Program-made: the position numbers and the translations under genes | Assembly (NCBI RefSeq): GCF_009914755.1 | Contig: NC_060934.1 | Source of the DNA: the human T2T-CHM13v2.0 reference genome, Homo sapiens | Direction: 5' to 3' (one strand) | Length of the DNA stretch: 64,000 nucleotides | Notes under the pieces: model-generated | What the model was told of the DNA's origin: nothing | Seen by the model: only the letters and a program-made list of their open reading frames with translations | The model's database searches: none | In this document: piece after piece, positions 1 to 15,519 of the stretch | Layout of the letters: each line of letters begins with the position of its first letter | How positions within the stretch are numbered: position 1 is the first letter of the stretch

Positions 1-909
1 AACTGCGGATGGTGGTCTGTAAGGGTCAGGGGTCAGGCGCTGAGCAAAGGCGGGGCAGGAATCCGGCGGCCCAGAACTGGAGGTGAGCCCTGGCAGGCCC
101 AAGGGAGCCTTCGGCTTTTCTTGGGCGCCGGAGTCCGCAGCACAGGCTGGCTGAGGGCTGGTAAGGGAGCCGTGCTGATGGGGCAGAGTCCTGGGCACAG
201 TCCTTTGTGGGCTTTGTCTTGGAGGCACTGCCACTTCTTGACGCTGGCCTGGGGACGCTGCCAGAGAGACCATGCTGTGTGACCCTCACTGCTGCTGAGG
301 CCAGAGAGGGAGGTGATGTCCTGGGCTACCCCGGGAAATGGGGCAGAGAGGAAACTCAGCGGAAGCCAGGTCTCCATTTTAAGTTCTTTGGCGAGAAAGC
401 ATAACGTGCTGATGCCTCCCAGGTGTGTCTGCAGAGCAAACCCTGGGGGCAGCCCCAGCTCTCAGGAGGATGGCCCCGGGGGGCGGTGGGGGGTCCCACC
501 TCCTCTTCTTGTCTCCACACCAACATCCACTCCAATCCACACATACCCTGTAGGCTCCTGTGGTTAAACTCACGTCCCTGAGGCCCAGACTCCCTGAGCT
601 TAAATTGCAGTTCCACCATGTTCGACCTTTGTGGGCTTGGCCAAGGCCCTGGCCCTCTCGAAGCCACAGTGTTCTCTTGTGTACGACGGGGAATAACTGC
701 AGCGAGGAAGTGGGAAGAGGACTGAGTGAGTTCAGCAGGGAGTGAACACCTGGCCGTATGCACGCTAAGGCCGTAGCCATCCGTCACCAGGTAGGGACAA
801 CAGGTTCACCTCCTGGGGGCAGGCCTTGACCTGCTCAGGACTCTGAGGTGTGTCTGCACTAACGGGCCTCAGGAAGGGGTCATCTTTCTTTCTCTCTCCA
901 GGTCACCGC

Positions 910-1929
910 AAGCAGTGGGGTAACGTGCACAGGAAGGGGTAACGTGCACAGAAAGGTTACGTCCTGGGCAGTGGGAAGCAGTGGGGTAACGTGCACAGGA
1001 AGGGGTAACGTGCACAGGAAGGGGTAACGTGCACAGGAAGGTGACGTCCCGGGCAGTGGGAAGCAGTGGGGTGACGTGCACAGGAAGGGGTAACGTGCAC
1101 AGGAAGGTGACGTCGCGGGCAGTGGGAAGCAGTGGGGTAACGTGCACAGGAAGGGGTAACGTGCACAGGAAGGTGACGTCGCGGGCAGTGGGAAGCAGTG
1201 GGGTGACGTGCACAGGAAGGGGTAACGTGCACAGGAAGGTGACGTCGCGGGCAGTGGGAAGCAGTGGGGTGACGTGCACAGGAAGGGGTAACGTGCACAG
1301 GAAGGTGACGTCGCGGGCAGTGGGAAGCAGTGGGGTGACGTGCACAGGAAGGGGTAACGTGCACAGGAAGGTGACGTCGCGGGCAGTGGGAAGCAGTGGG
1401 GTGACGTGCACAGGAAGGGGTAACGTGCACAGGAAGGTGACGTCCCGGGCAGTGGGAAGCAGTGGGGTGACGTGCACAGGAAGGGGTAACGTGCACAGGA
1501 AGGTGACGTCGCGGGCAGTGGGAAGCAGTGGGGTGACGTGCACAGGAAGGGGTAACGTGCACAGGAAGGTGACGTCCCGGGCAGTGGGAAGCAGTGGGGT
1601 GACGTGCACAGGAAGGGGTAACGTGCACAGGAAGGTGACGTCGCGGGCAGTGGGAAGCAGTGGGGTAACGTGCACAGGAAGGGGTAACGTGCACAGGAAG
1701 GGGTAACGTGCACAGGAAGGTGTCATCGCGGGCAGTGGGAAGCAGTGGGGTAACGTGCACAGGAAGGTGACGTCGCGGGCAGTGGGAAGCAGTGGGGTAA
1801 CGTGCACAGGAAGGGGTAACGTGCACAGGAAGGGGTAACGTGCACAGGAAGGTGTCATCGCGGGCAGTGGGAAGCAGTGGGGTAACGTGCACAGGAAGGT
1901 GACGTCGCGGGCAGTGGGAAGCAGTGGGG
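910..1929. repeat. Modular minisatellite (VNTR), 66-bp main unit, ~15 units
   Basis: Unit = (GGGGTRACGTGCACAGGAA)x2 + GGTGACGTCGCGGGCAGTGGGAAGCAGT. There are 15 spacer blocks; variant units are 85 and 47 bp. The 22-aa periodicity is visible in the ORF track. Confidence 0.98.
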
Positions 1930-1980
1930 AGTCAGGGGAGGCATGGGTGTCTCCTCAGTGCCGGCTACCTGCAGGCACAG

Positions 1981-2346
1981 GGTAGTGGATGCTGGGAGGT
2001 GCTGCCCAGAGACCCTTAACAGCAAGCCAGGGAAATTGCCAGCTGAGGCTCCCAGCTCACTCCTGTCTGAAAATTTCCCAGGACTCCCCAGCTGTAGCTG
2101 CACCCAATGACTGGGCCATAAGTGGAGAGGCAGAAAGACCTCAGTTTGGCTGAAGGATCATCAGAGCCCCAGACCTTCACAGGGGCTCATCTGAGACCAT
2201 TGTAGCAATTTTATCACTGTTCAGGTTCCTCTACAGTCCAACCCCCAGCTCATATAGGCACCGACCCCCGAGGGCACTCCAAGTAAGCCTCCTGCCTGCA
2301 AATCTCAGAGTCTCCCAGTCTGTTTCATGGGACTCACCCTATGACA
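1981..2346 (+). mobile_element. ERVL solo LTR, LTR16-like (LTR16C?)
   Basis: Starts GTAGTGGATGCTG...TGCCCAGA and ends ...CTCAGAGTCT...CCCTATGACA, resembling LTR16 termini (recalled consensus). Confidence 0.65.
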
Positions 2347-2349
2347 GTG

Positions 2350-2510
2350 TTCCAAGCACTTTATTTCCTTGAACTTACTTATTTTATTGAAGTCTCACAA
2401 CAAATCTATGAAATCAGTGCTGTTGTAATTCCCATTTGCAAAATAAGAAACTAGGGGAACAGAGAGATTTGGTAACTTACCTAAGGTCAAACAGCTAGTA
2501 AATGGCTGCA
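2350..2510 (-). mobile_element. MIR SINE
   Basis: Reverse MIR core: CCCATTT...GAAACT...AGAGA...TAACTTACCTAAGGTCAAACAGCTAGTAAATGG. Confidence 0.8.
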
Positions 2511-2568
2511 TTTTTTCCCCCCAGCAAACTGTACAATAACAGTAAAACAGCCCAGGAGTGACCCACTG

Positions 2569-2733
2569 CAGTGTTTCCTAAGGTGTTCTGAGGAATCCTT
2601 GCGTCAGAATCACCTGGGCTGCTTGTTGCATGGCAGATTTCCAGACCCTGATTGAATCGGTATCTCTGGGATTGGGACCCAGGAATCTGAATATGTAACA
2701 AGCTTTCCGTGCAAACTAATGCGGGAACCACTG
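2569..2733. mobile_element. MER5-type hAT-Charlie MITE
   Basis: CAGTG...CACTG termini; TCAGAATCACCTGG and CCCAGGAATCTG core. Confidence 0.7.
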
Positions 2734-3034
2734 AGCTCTGGGGAGAAGCATCAGATACTGGAAATCTGGCAGGGACAATAGGGATTGTCAAATGCTTTCG
2801 GCTGCAATTGAAATGAGGCTCCAAAAGGCAGGCAGGTGGTCTCATCCAAATTCATGGAGGCATCAAAGGGAGATGAGTCTGGACTTGAACTTTCCCAACT
2901 CCTAAATCAGTTGACTGTCTTCCACACAGCATGGACACTTCTTACCTGCTGCTGTTGGCTCAAAGCACATGTGGACAGGATGACAAGTGAGACTCTGAAC
3001 ACCATTTTTCAGATTTTAAAAAATTGCATGAAGT

Positions 3035-4215
<1,181 letters not shown>

Positions 4216-4832
4216 TAGACGTTACATCTTACTATGATGCAAAGGGAGGCAGAGGGTTCTGATGGGCAGCAGTCAGCAGGATCGCAGCCCCAGCTCTGTC
4301 ACTCAAGAGTGCAGGTTTTGAATGGGTCACTGACTGTTGGAGTGGCAGGGTCCTCCTGCCCATAGATAAAATGGCGTTTCTGCTGGTTACTGCATCATGC
4401 AAGAACAGCCGGGTGGTTGCTCACCAAACCTGAAGGGTGTGTTTGGGTTGGTCTGACTTAGCATATAAGCCATGTAGCTGATACAAAACTTACTTTGGGA
4501 GACCATGGGAAACCCCCGTGCAATGACCGGGCATTCAGCCTCTGAAGGAGCTGAAGCCAGGGTTGCAGAGGTCCCTGTAACTGCTGCTAGGGAGAGGCCT
4601 ATTAATATTAAGATGCTGTGGCCAGAGAATGGAGCCTTCAGATATAAGCCTTGAATCAAATGCATAGGATAGAACCCCACATGGCAGAGCGGCTGCTTCA
4701 GAGTTGCTGAGCCCTTCCGGGCAGGGGCCTCATGGGGAGGCTGTCGAGTGGCGTGGATTTCCCAGGGCAGCTCCTCCACCAGGCTGGGTGGGTCAGCCAG
4801 TCTGGAATTCAAGCAATTGGGATCCACTAGCC

Positions 4833-4990
4833 CAGGGCTTCTCAAGCTGGAATGTGGACATGAATCACCATGGATCTGGTTACGTTGCAGATTCTGACTC
4901 AGCAGGTCTGAGGCGGGGCCTGACATTCTGCACGGCTGGCCTGCTCCGGGCGCTGCTGATGCTGCTGGTTCCTGGACCACCCTTGAGACC
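4833..4990. mobile_element. MER5A-type MITE
   Basis: TTCTCAAG...GAATCACC...GCAGATTCTGACTCAGCAGGTCTG...GCTGATGCTGCTGGT...GGACCAC pattern. Confidence 0.75.
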
Positions 4991-7553
4991 CTGGATGACC
5001 TCTGAGGTGCTGCCTCCTTGCAAAAACCCTCAGCTCTTGGGACCTCTCCCTGCGCTTCCGAAGCCCTTTCAGATATTTTCCTGTAGCCCTCACAAAGAGC
5101 TTGGGGTTGCGGTTTCTGCCGCTGTTGACTCTCACGTGGGTAAGGCCATTTTCATTTAATTTTTTGAAGCTTTTCTAGAGCCCAAGCTCCCTAAGGATGG
5201 GGAATTCATCTCACCCAACACTTGGCATCCCCTAGAGAACCTAGTCCAGTGCTGTGCTGTCTTCTCAATACTGTTTGTTAGAGGAATAATAATAACAGCC
5301 CTCATATGTGTGAACACTTCACAGTTCACAGGCACTTTCATATGCTTAATTCATTACTTGCCATTTCTCTTCCGATGAAACCAGCAGTTCCTCTTGGCTT
5401 ACGTGCTAGGCGTGAATTTCCTCGTTTTTATCCTCACAACAATCCTGTGAATTACACAGGGCAGGTATTAGCCTGCCTGCCAAGAAGGGGACACTATTGT
5501 TTGTAGAAACATTAAGCATGCTGCCCAAGGTGTCCTAGGGGACAATGGCAAGCCTGGGATCTGTTTCCAGGTTGCTGCTGCCATCTCCCTAGAAGAGAGT
5601 TGGGACCACCAGCAGGAGTAGGGACTTGGGCTCCAGATGGTGTCCGCTTCTTCTCACTGGGCCATTCCAGTGGTGGCTGGCCAGTGTTTCTGGTGCCAGC
5701 CCTGTGGGCCTCCCTGCCTGCATCCTACCTGGGCCAATGCCCCATGGCGCAGGTGACCTCCACATGGCTTCTTTTCTGTCCTTTGCATTGAAGGCCCTTG
5801 CACTGCAGGATAACAGCTCAGAGGACTGGATTTCTGGTCCTAGCTCTGTTACTTCTGACCATGGAGCCATAGACCAGGCACCAACTGAGTTTTGGTTTCC
5901 TCTTCTGTAAAATTTGGATGATGCTGTATGCCCAGCTGGGCCTCTGGGCTTCATGAGCCCACACCAATAGCGCTCTGTGGAAATGCTTTGTGCATGCAAA
6001 GAGACGTACATGCTACTTCTTCATCAAGCGTGTACACTGTAAAACAGAAAGGCTTTTTTATTTTCAAAGTTTGGGTATTTACACAGAGGCCCTTGCATAT
6101 GCGTGATCATTTCAGTGGCTCATTTGTTTGTCTTGCTGTGTATAATAGTAAGACACAAGCCCCTCCTGAAGCCATCGGCAGTCTCCTCACTGCTTTGAAA
6201 GTTGATTTCCTTTGTCATCCTTACTTCCTAAGGGTTAGCCTGAGTCATCCAGCATCAGGATGCCAGCTTTGCGTTAGAAGTTAATTATTCTTCTTTATCA
6301 TATTGAGGACACTTAATTTTTTTAGTGATTTACTCTGCTTTGTAATTATAGATGTGGTGATTAGAATGTCTTATATTTGACATTACAGATTTTTAAAAAC
6401 ATGATTTATTCCCACCACTGATTTAAAACTCTTCCTTTGTAAGTTTTTATTCCTGCTTGTGTGACAGTGTTTAGGGACTCCGGCCGGGCCTGGTGCCTCT
6501 GCAGGGGCTATTAGAGGCGCTGTGTACATATATAATTAAGGAATTTCAAAACACAAATGACTGCCTTTGGGGCCAATAGCCACTGCAGTTTCCATCTATC
6601 ATGTCAGCCCTGGAGATGGTTGTGTATTTGGTAAAGTAAATTAACATACAACAACTTTGCTTAAAATAATGTTCAAATTTAAGATGTAGCAAGAAGCAGG
6701 AAAAACAAACAATAAAGGGATCCAGGGAGAGCGAAAATCACATATTTAAATGCGAACAAAATCTTTGCCTGGTGCCTTTATCACCTGTGGGTTACAGCAT
6801 AAAGCCACCTGAAGACCCGGATTCCTTCTTCACCTCCTTTTGTTTTCTGGCCAAACTTTCTGTTCGATTTGCACCATCTCTGAGGAGACCTTGGGTTTGG
6901 AAGGGACCTTTGGAGCCTCATCTTTGTCACGTATTTTGTCCTTTGAAAATGTATTATAGAGATAATGGAACATCATTTCAGAGTTTCGGAAATGGGAGAG
7001 AAATCTCCCAGCAGCCCAGCAGTTGAAGAGGAGCTGCCTCAAATACCAGCCCAACGGGAGGCCTGTCTCTGGCTTTTATGTTCAAGCTGGGACTCTTGGC
7101 CTCAGAAGCCTGCTTCTGGTCTTGAAAGTTGGTCCCTTCCCAGCATTATAGCATTAAAAAAATTTTTTTTTTGCCACCAATAAAACCATGTTCGGGGCTA
7201 ATACTCATGCTTTAAAAAAATTGCAATTGTTCTTTGGAGCCCAGTTAACAGAAGCAAATTTCTTTAAAACAGATGTTGTGTTTGTGGTCTGATGCTGATG
7301 TGGATGAGGCTATTTGGAAGGGTGTAGAAGTTTTCCCATCTCACTCAGAAGGAAATGAGATGATGGTTCTTCATACACAAAAGCCAAAAATCAACTGTTA
7401 TTATACTACCCAGCAATAACCGCAGCTAGTGTTTTGGTGTGTATCTTCTTAGAACTGCTTCTAGGTGAATTTGTACATCAAGATTAATCTTTTTAAAAAA
7501 TATAAGCTGGATATACTAATTTTTAGCCTTTTTTCTCTCTTACTGTACTTTGA

Positions 7554-7898
<345 letters not shown>

Positions 7899-8844
7899 TA
7901 AGCACATGGTTTTCAATGGTTGCAAAAGGGCCCATGACTCAGCTGAGATCACCATTTCTGTGGTCTTTTTGATATTGATGAAAATTTAGGCCCTTTCCTT
8001 TTTAAACTTTTTGCTATTAAGAACAGTGCTTCAGTGAACATCCTTCTGCATGTATCTTTGTGTGTCTATAATAATTTCCTTAAGATAAATTCTTAGAAAC
8101 AGGGGTGCTGTATCAAAGGTTATGCACATTGACATGACCGTCTATTCCTCTTAAAAATAGCATTTTCCCTGGCAAAACATGCAGAGTACTTTAAGACATC
8201 TGCTGCACTTGTTGCAGCATTCAAGTAGAACATCTTCTCAGCAAGAAGGGCTGAAACTGTGTTGTCTATAGTAGGCTGGCTGCTGGATATCACTCCAGAA
8301 AGAAACTAGCAGCCTGCAGAAGAGGCAGGGTCACCAACACCTTGGAGGGCAGTAACTGAGCCTCTTTCCCATCGGTGAGTGTTGGCATCAGCCCCCACCC
8401 CAGGAGCAGAAACCATAAGTGACAAAGGGAACAGCTCCCTGGGGAGGAAGCTGCCAACTCCTCCCCAAACCACAGGTAATCCTCACTAGGGAGGAACTGA
8501 CAGCCAAGATTCTTCATCTGTTGAGGGTGATTCAGTCAAGGTAGGGTAATGAATTCAGAAGAAGAGTAGGAAAAGTGGTTGTTGCAAAGAGCTGGTGTAG
8601 TTGCATTGTGAAAGGAATCATGGTCACAGAAGGTTTCAGAAGCTTTATCAGTAAGACAGATTGCAGAGTATCAGATTTGCGTTGGGTGGAATTCTGTGGG
8701 ATGCCAGCATTGGAAAGTGAGCCACAAGGCTGTTTTTTTTTCAATTCATTAGAACAGCTGGGTCTCCAGGAGTAATTCATGAAATGGATTAGATAATATC
8801 CTTCCTGATAGGCTGTCACCCCAATGAAAGAATGTGGTTTCTGC

Positions 8845-9402
8845 CTTGTCAGCATGCAGCCATCACTGTTTTCTGATAATAGGTCCCTAAATTTTCTCAG
8901 AAGAACACCATTTCTCCATTCTTAATCCTCCTGGTTTGAATGGCGTTGATAATCCAACCTCACCTGGGACATGCAAGTAAAGTATATCATCTCCCTGATC
9001 ACTGTGATTGATCTAGGATGGGCATGTGATCAAGTTCATCCAATCAGAATGCATCTCAGAACTTTTGCTTGAGCACTTGCTGGAAAGTGTTCTTTCTTTT
9101 CCTCTGATGTTAATGATTGGGAGGCTATGGCGTGGTGCAGCTCGGAAACCCTTGCTGGGGAGTGCTGCTCTGTTTGGGAAGTGTTTTTAGAGAATAAAGT
9201 CAACATGAGAGAAAGCAAAACAGAAAGATATAGAAATACAGGTTTTTATAGATATAATTTGAGCTCTTGGATCCAGGTGTGCCTGAAGTAGAGCTATATC
9301 TGGAGTTTTCAGTTATTCGAGCCATTATATTCCTTTCTGTTTTGCTTAAGCCAATTTGATTTAAGTTTCTGCCCCTTAAATCCAAGATTCCTGACTACTA
9401 CA
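8845..9402 (+). mobile_element. Old MaLR LTR (MLT1J/K/L-like)
   Basis: GGATGGGCATGTGA...CCAATCAGA motif; 3' end GGATCCAG...GCCTGAAG...GCTTAAGCCA...CCTGACTACTACA. Confidence 0.65.
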
Positions 9403-10639
9403 GATATATTAAATTTCAAGTTGATTCATAGATCTGAATGAGGTAATGTTGCCCTCAAGCCTATGTGAATGATCTAAGTCCAAGCTTAGTGTTACAGGAC
9501 AGGAACACAATGTCTCAAAGACAAGGCAGTGGCAGATCAGTGCTGGGTGGTCAGGGAGGGAAAGGATCACATTCTGCAGGTAGGATGAAGACAGGAGTCA
9601 CAGAAAAAGTGATATTTTTGATGAGTCTTGGAAAATGACAGGTGGGATTGGCAGGCGATGACATTTCTGGTAAAGAAACAGTAGGAGCGAATGCTGAGAG
9701 GAGAAAAAGCAAAGTCCATAGCCCACGTAGGGAGAAGGCAGGAGGTAAAATTAGTAAGAATAGTTGGGGTTATGTTGTTTGGATCCTGAATTCCATGCTG
9801 AAATAAAACTTAATGAGATTTTTGCCTTTTGTGTATGACAGAGAAGCTTATATTAGACCAACGGTCCCACTGAGAACAACTAGAAAATCCATACAAAATT
9901 AGATAAAAATCCCAAACCAAAAACATCTGTTTGAAAGCATTGCAGATCTGCCATGATAGCCAAGATTTGAGAGACAAACATCTTGGAGTGTGAAGGCGCC
10001 GTTGAGTTTAGCTCAACATTCTATATGCTGCTTTTACTTTGGGGTGATTTATTGACGTTTGCTTGTGACAAGAGGCTGAAAAGTCTGGTAAAAGGTCCTT
10101 GCTAAGAGGCAGAGAAGCCAGTCGAATTTTTATAATCTTGCAGGGCTAGGGAAACAAAATTGGAGATTGGGGCTACTTAGGTAAACCAGAACATAGACAG
10201 TCAGAATCATGGAAAGAAGGGAAGTGAAAGGAAGTGAACCCAGTATGTGATGTTTTTCACGTTTAGGTGTTTACCAAGTCACAGTTGCACAGGGCAAGAG
10301 GCTAGGAATCCAAGAAAAAAGTGGCTGAGAAAACAGTAAGTTATTGGCAGTTTCATGGTGCTGGAGAGATAAATATTTGAATTCAGGAGCTGCCTAGGAG
10401 GAGGGGCCCTAGTAAGTACTCCAAGCTGACTTACTCCTAGTAAGTACTCCCAGTAAGTAAGGTTCTGAATTGGACACCTAGAGGGTTACACCTGTAGATG
10501 TTGTGAACTAGAGCTTTAGAAAGACTGTTACTCAGACTCAGGTCAACAATGTCACTGACTGGATTGGAAGCCATCTGCTCTTACTCTAGCTTTCTGAAAG
10601 ATGATAGAGTTGAAGCTTCTTTGGAGGAAGACATCATTA

Positions 10640-11038
<399 letters not shown>

Positions 11039-11465
11039 CTAGGCATACCAAAAAACAGTATCAAAAGAGGGGAAAAAAAAATCGGAAGATAGAAACAGAC
11101 CCATAGGTAAATCAGATGTTGCACTTTTTATACATGGACCTTTAAATTAACTGTAATTGATATATTAAAAAAAAGATAAGATGGAAAATTTCTTCAGAGA
11201 ACTGAAATTTATAAAAAGAACCAAATAAAAAGTATAAAACTGAAAAAGCCAATAACACAAATTTAAAATGTAATATGTTTACTAGCAAATTTTACACACT
11301 AAAGAGAGGATTAGTCACCTGGAAGACAGATTAGTAAGAAATATTCAGACTAAATCTTGAAGAGCAAACAGGGTGAAAATTATAAAGAAAAAACATGAGA
11401 GAAATAAAGGAAATGGTGATGAAAAGGTCAAACTTATGTGTAATTAAAGGAGAGGAGAGGGAGAG

Positions 11466-11829
11466 TGGATTAGTCCATTTTCACACTGCTATAAAGAACT
11501 ACCTGAGACTGGATAATTTATAAAGAACAGAGATTTAATTGACTCACAGTTCCACAGGCTTAACAGGAAGCATGGTTACGAGGCCTCAGGAAACTTACAA
11601 TCATGGCAGAAGGCAAAGGGGAAGCAAGTGGAGAGAGGGAGAGCAAGCAAAGGGGGAAGAGCCACACACCTATCAAACAACCAGATCTCGTGAGAATTCT
11701 ACCATGAGAATAGCAAGGGGGAAGTACATCCCCATGATTCAACCTCCTCCCACCAGACCACTCTCTCAACATGTGGGGATTACAATTCCAGATGAGATTT
11801 GGGTGGGGACACAGAGCCAAACCATAACA
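11466..11829 (-). mobile_element. MaLR solo LTR (THE1D/MSTA-like)
   Basis: TTAGTCCATTTTCACACTGCTATAAAGAAC...GGGGACACAGAGCCAAACCATAACA; 5-bp TSD GAGAG at 11461-11465 and 11830-11834. Confidence 0.9.
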
Positions 11830-13374
11830 GAGAGTAATCAGTAATAACATTTGAAGGGTTTTTGAATGTTCAAAAACTGACGTAATACATCAGATCACAA
11901 ATTCAAGAAGACCTACAAACTCTAGCCAGTATGAATATTGAGAAAACTATCCTAGTCATGTCATAGTGAAACTGCCTAAAACTAAAGACAGAGAAAAAAT
12001 ATTAAAAGCAGCCAGCAGGGCACCTTTAAAGGAGCAGTGATAAGACTTACAATGGACTTCTTGGCAGGAATGATGGAAGCCAGGAAACAATGGAATAACA
12101 ACTTTAAAATGCTGAAAGAAAAGAAACTTATCAACTCAGAATTCTATACACAGAAAGAATATCTTTCAAAAGTAACAGTGAATACAAACATTTCCTGTCA
12201 AATAAAACCAGAAAGTTAGTTGTCAAGACACTGGCACTAAAAGAAATATTAAAGGAATTTCTTCCCATAGAAAGAAAATGATCCCAGATGGAATTAGAAA
12301 AATATGGAAAGAAATGAAGAGCAAAGAAAAGTGTAAGCCTCTGGGTAAAAGTACATTGACTGCACAAAACAACACGATACTGTCTTTCAGGCTTTGAAAT
12401 ATATATAGAATTAAGATGTGTGACAACAGTAACACAAGAGAAAGGAGAAAATGATGCAAATGGACTTAAAGGGCTCTGAATTCCTCAAATTGTTTAGGAA
12501 ATGATAAGAGCACTAATTTAAATTATACTCAAATAAGTCAAGGAGACATGTTGTAATCCAGTGACAACTTAAAGAGTACTAAAATAACGTATAATTCACA
12601 AGTTAATAGACAGAAAATAAGAGTAACACAAAACACTTGATTAATCCATAAGAAGGCAAAATGGGCATGACAAAGAAAAAAAAACTAAATAGAAAACAAT
12701 ATGAAAACAATAGATTTGAATACATATCTTAGTCAGTACATTAAATGTAAATAAAATTAAGTGTAAATTGATGGATTCAATTAAAATACAAATATTGTCA
12801 GAATAGATTACAGAATAAAGCCCAACTATATGATTCAACTATACGATAAGAGACACAAATTCAATATAGCATGCAGAAAGGTTTAAAGTAAAGCAACAGG
12901 AAAAAATATATCCTGAAAAACCAACCAAGTTAAAGATTTTGTAGGTTTACTAATACAAGACAAAACAGACTTTACGATGAGAGCATTACCAGAGATAAAC
13001 AGAGACATTTCATAGTGATAAAAAAGCCGATTCATCAAGAAACATAATAATATAGCTTCACAGCAAATACTGATAAAATAAGAAATAGACAGTTCTACAA
13101 TTATAGTGGCAGGCTTTAATAGACCTCTCTCAGTAATTGTTAGAACATACAGCTGAACTTCAGTAAGAAAAATGAATTTTGGAACAACACAATGAACAAA
13201 CTTGACCCTAATTGACATAGAACATTTTACCCAAAAATGACAGATTAAACACTCTTTTCAAGACTACATGGAATATTTACCAACATTTATCATTGACCAT
13301 GTGATAGATCATAAGGTAAGTCTAAATAAGTTTCAGAGTATTCAGAGGATAATCTCTGACCACAGTGGAATTAA

Positions 13375-13831
<457 letters not shown>

Positions 13832-13928
13832 TAGAAACCAATTTTTAAAAACTTAATTAGAAATTCTCCAAATATTTAGAAATTAAGCAATATGCTTCCC
13901 ATTAACTCATAGGTAAAAAATAATCTCA

Positions 13929-14310
<382 letters not shown>

Positions 14311-15167
14311 GATGCACCTAAAACTCTGCTTAGAGGGAAATTTATAATTTTAAAATAAATAAGAAAGGAAGAAAGGCTGAAAATAATGGTCTAAATCTCC
14401 ATGTCAATAAATTAAAAAAAAATAGCAAACAAAATCTAAAGAAAGTAGAAAGAAGAAATAAAAAAGACAAAGGCAGAAGTTAATAAGCTAGAATCAACAC
14501 ATAATATAAATAAATTAATAATTTATGCTGGTTCTTTGAAAAGACTAATAAAACCAACAAACTTCTAGAAGTTGAGAGATGGTAAGAAGGAGGGAGAGAG
14601 AAAGAAAGAGAGAGACAGAGAACCAAAATCTGGATTGAAAAACTGATATAATTATGGATTCTACAGATATTAAAAGATGATACTACAACTTTATTCTAAT
14701 GCATTTGAAAACCAGGATAGACAGACAAAATGTTAGAAAAGCAACACTTACTACAATGGACTCAAGAAATAGAAAATCTGAATAGTTCTATGCCTATCAA
14801 AAAACTTACCAAAAATCTTATTCTGTCACTGAATCTTTCTCACAAAGAAAGCGTCAGATTCAGATGGTTTCACTGGTTAATTATTTGAAACATTTAAGAA
14901 ATAAACAACCAACTAATTCTACCGAAAAGTAGAAAAAGAAGGGTCCCTTCCCAATTTGCTTTATGGGGCTAACATAATCTTATAAAAACTTGATAAAGAC
15001 ATTATGAGAAAGGAAAATTGTGGACAAATTTCTCTTATAAACATAACAAAAATCTTAAATAAAATACTTTAAATTGAATACAAGTTATATGTCAAAGAAA
15101 ATATATCATAGCATGTTGGGTTTTTTCAGAAACGTAAATTTAGTGTAACATTCAAAAATTGATTACT

Positions 15168-15519
<352 letters not shown>

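Noticed and set aside
869-1892. Long ORFs of 225-329 aa on both strands
   Set aside because: They result from a 66-bp (multiple of 3) GC-rich tandem repeat with few stops, are open in several frames at once, and show no protein-like features.
910-1929. CRISPR-like repeat array
   Set aside because: No unique spacers; it is a plain tandem minisatellite in primate DNA.
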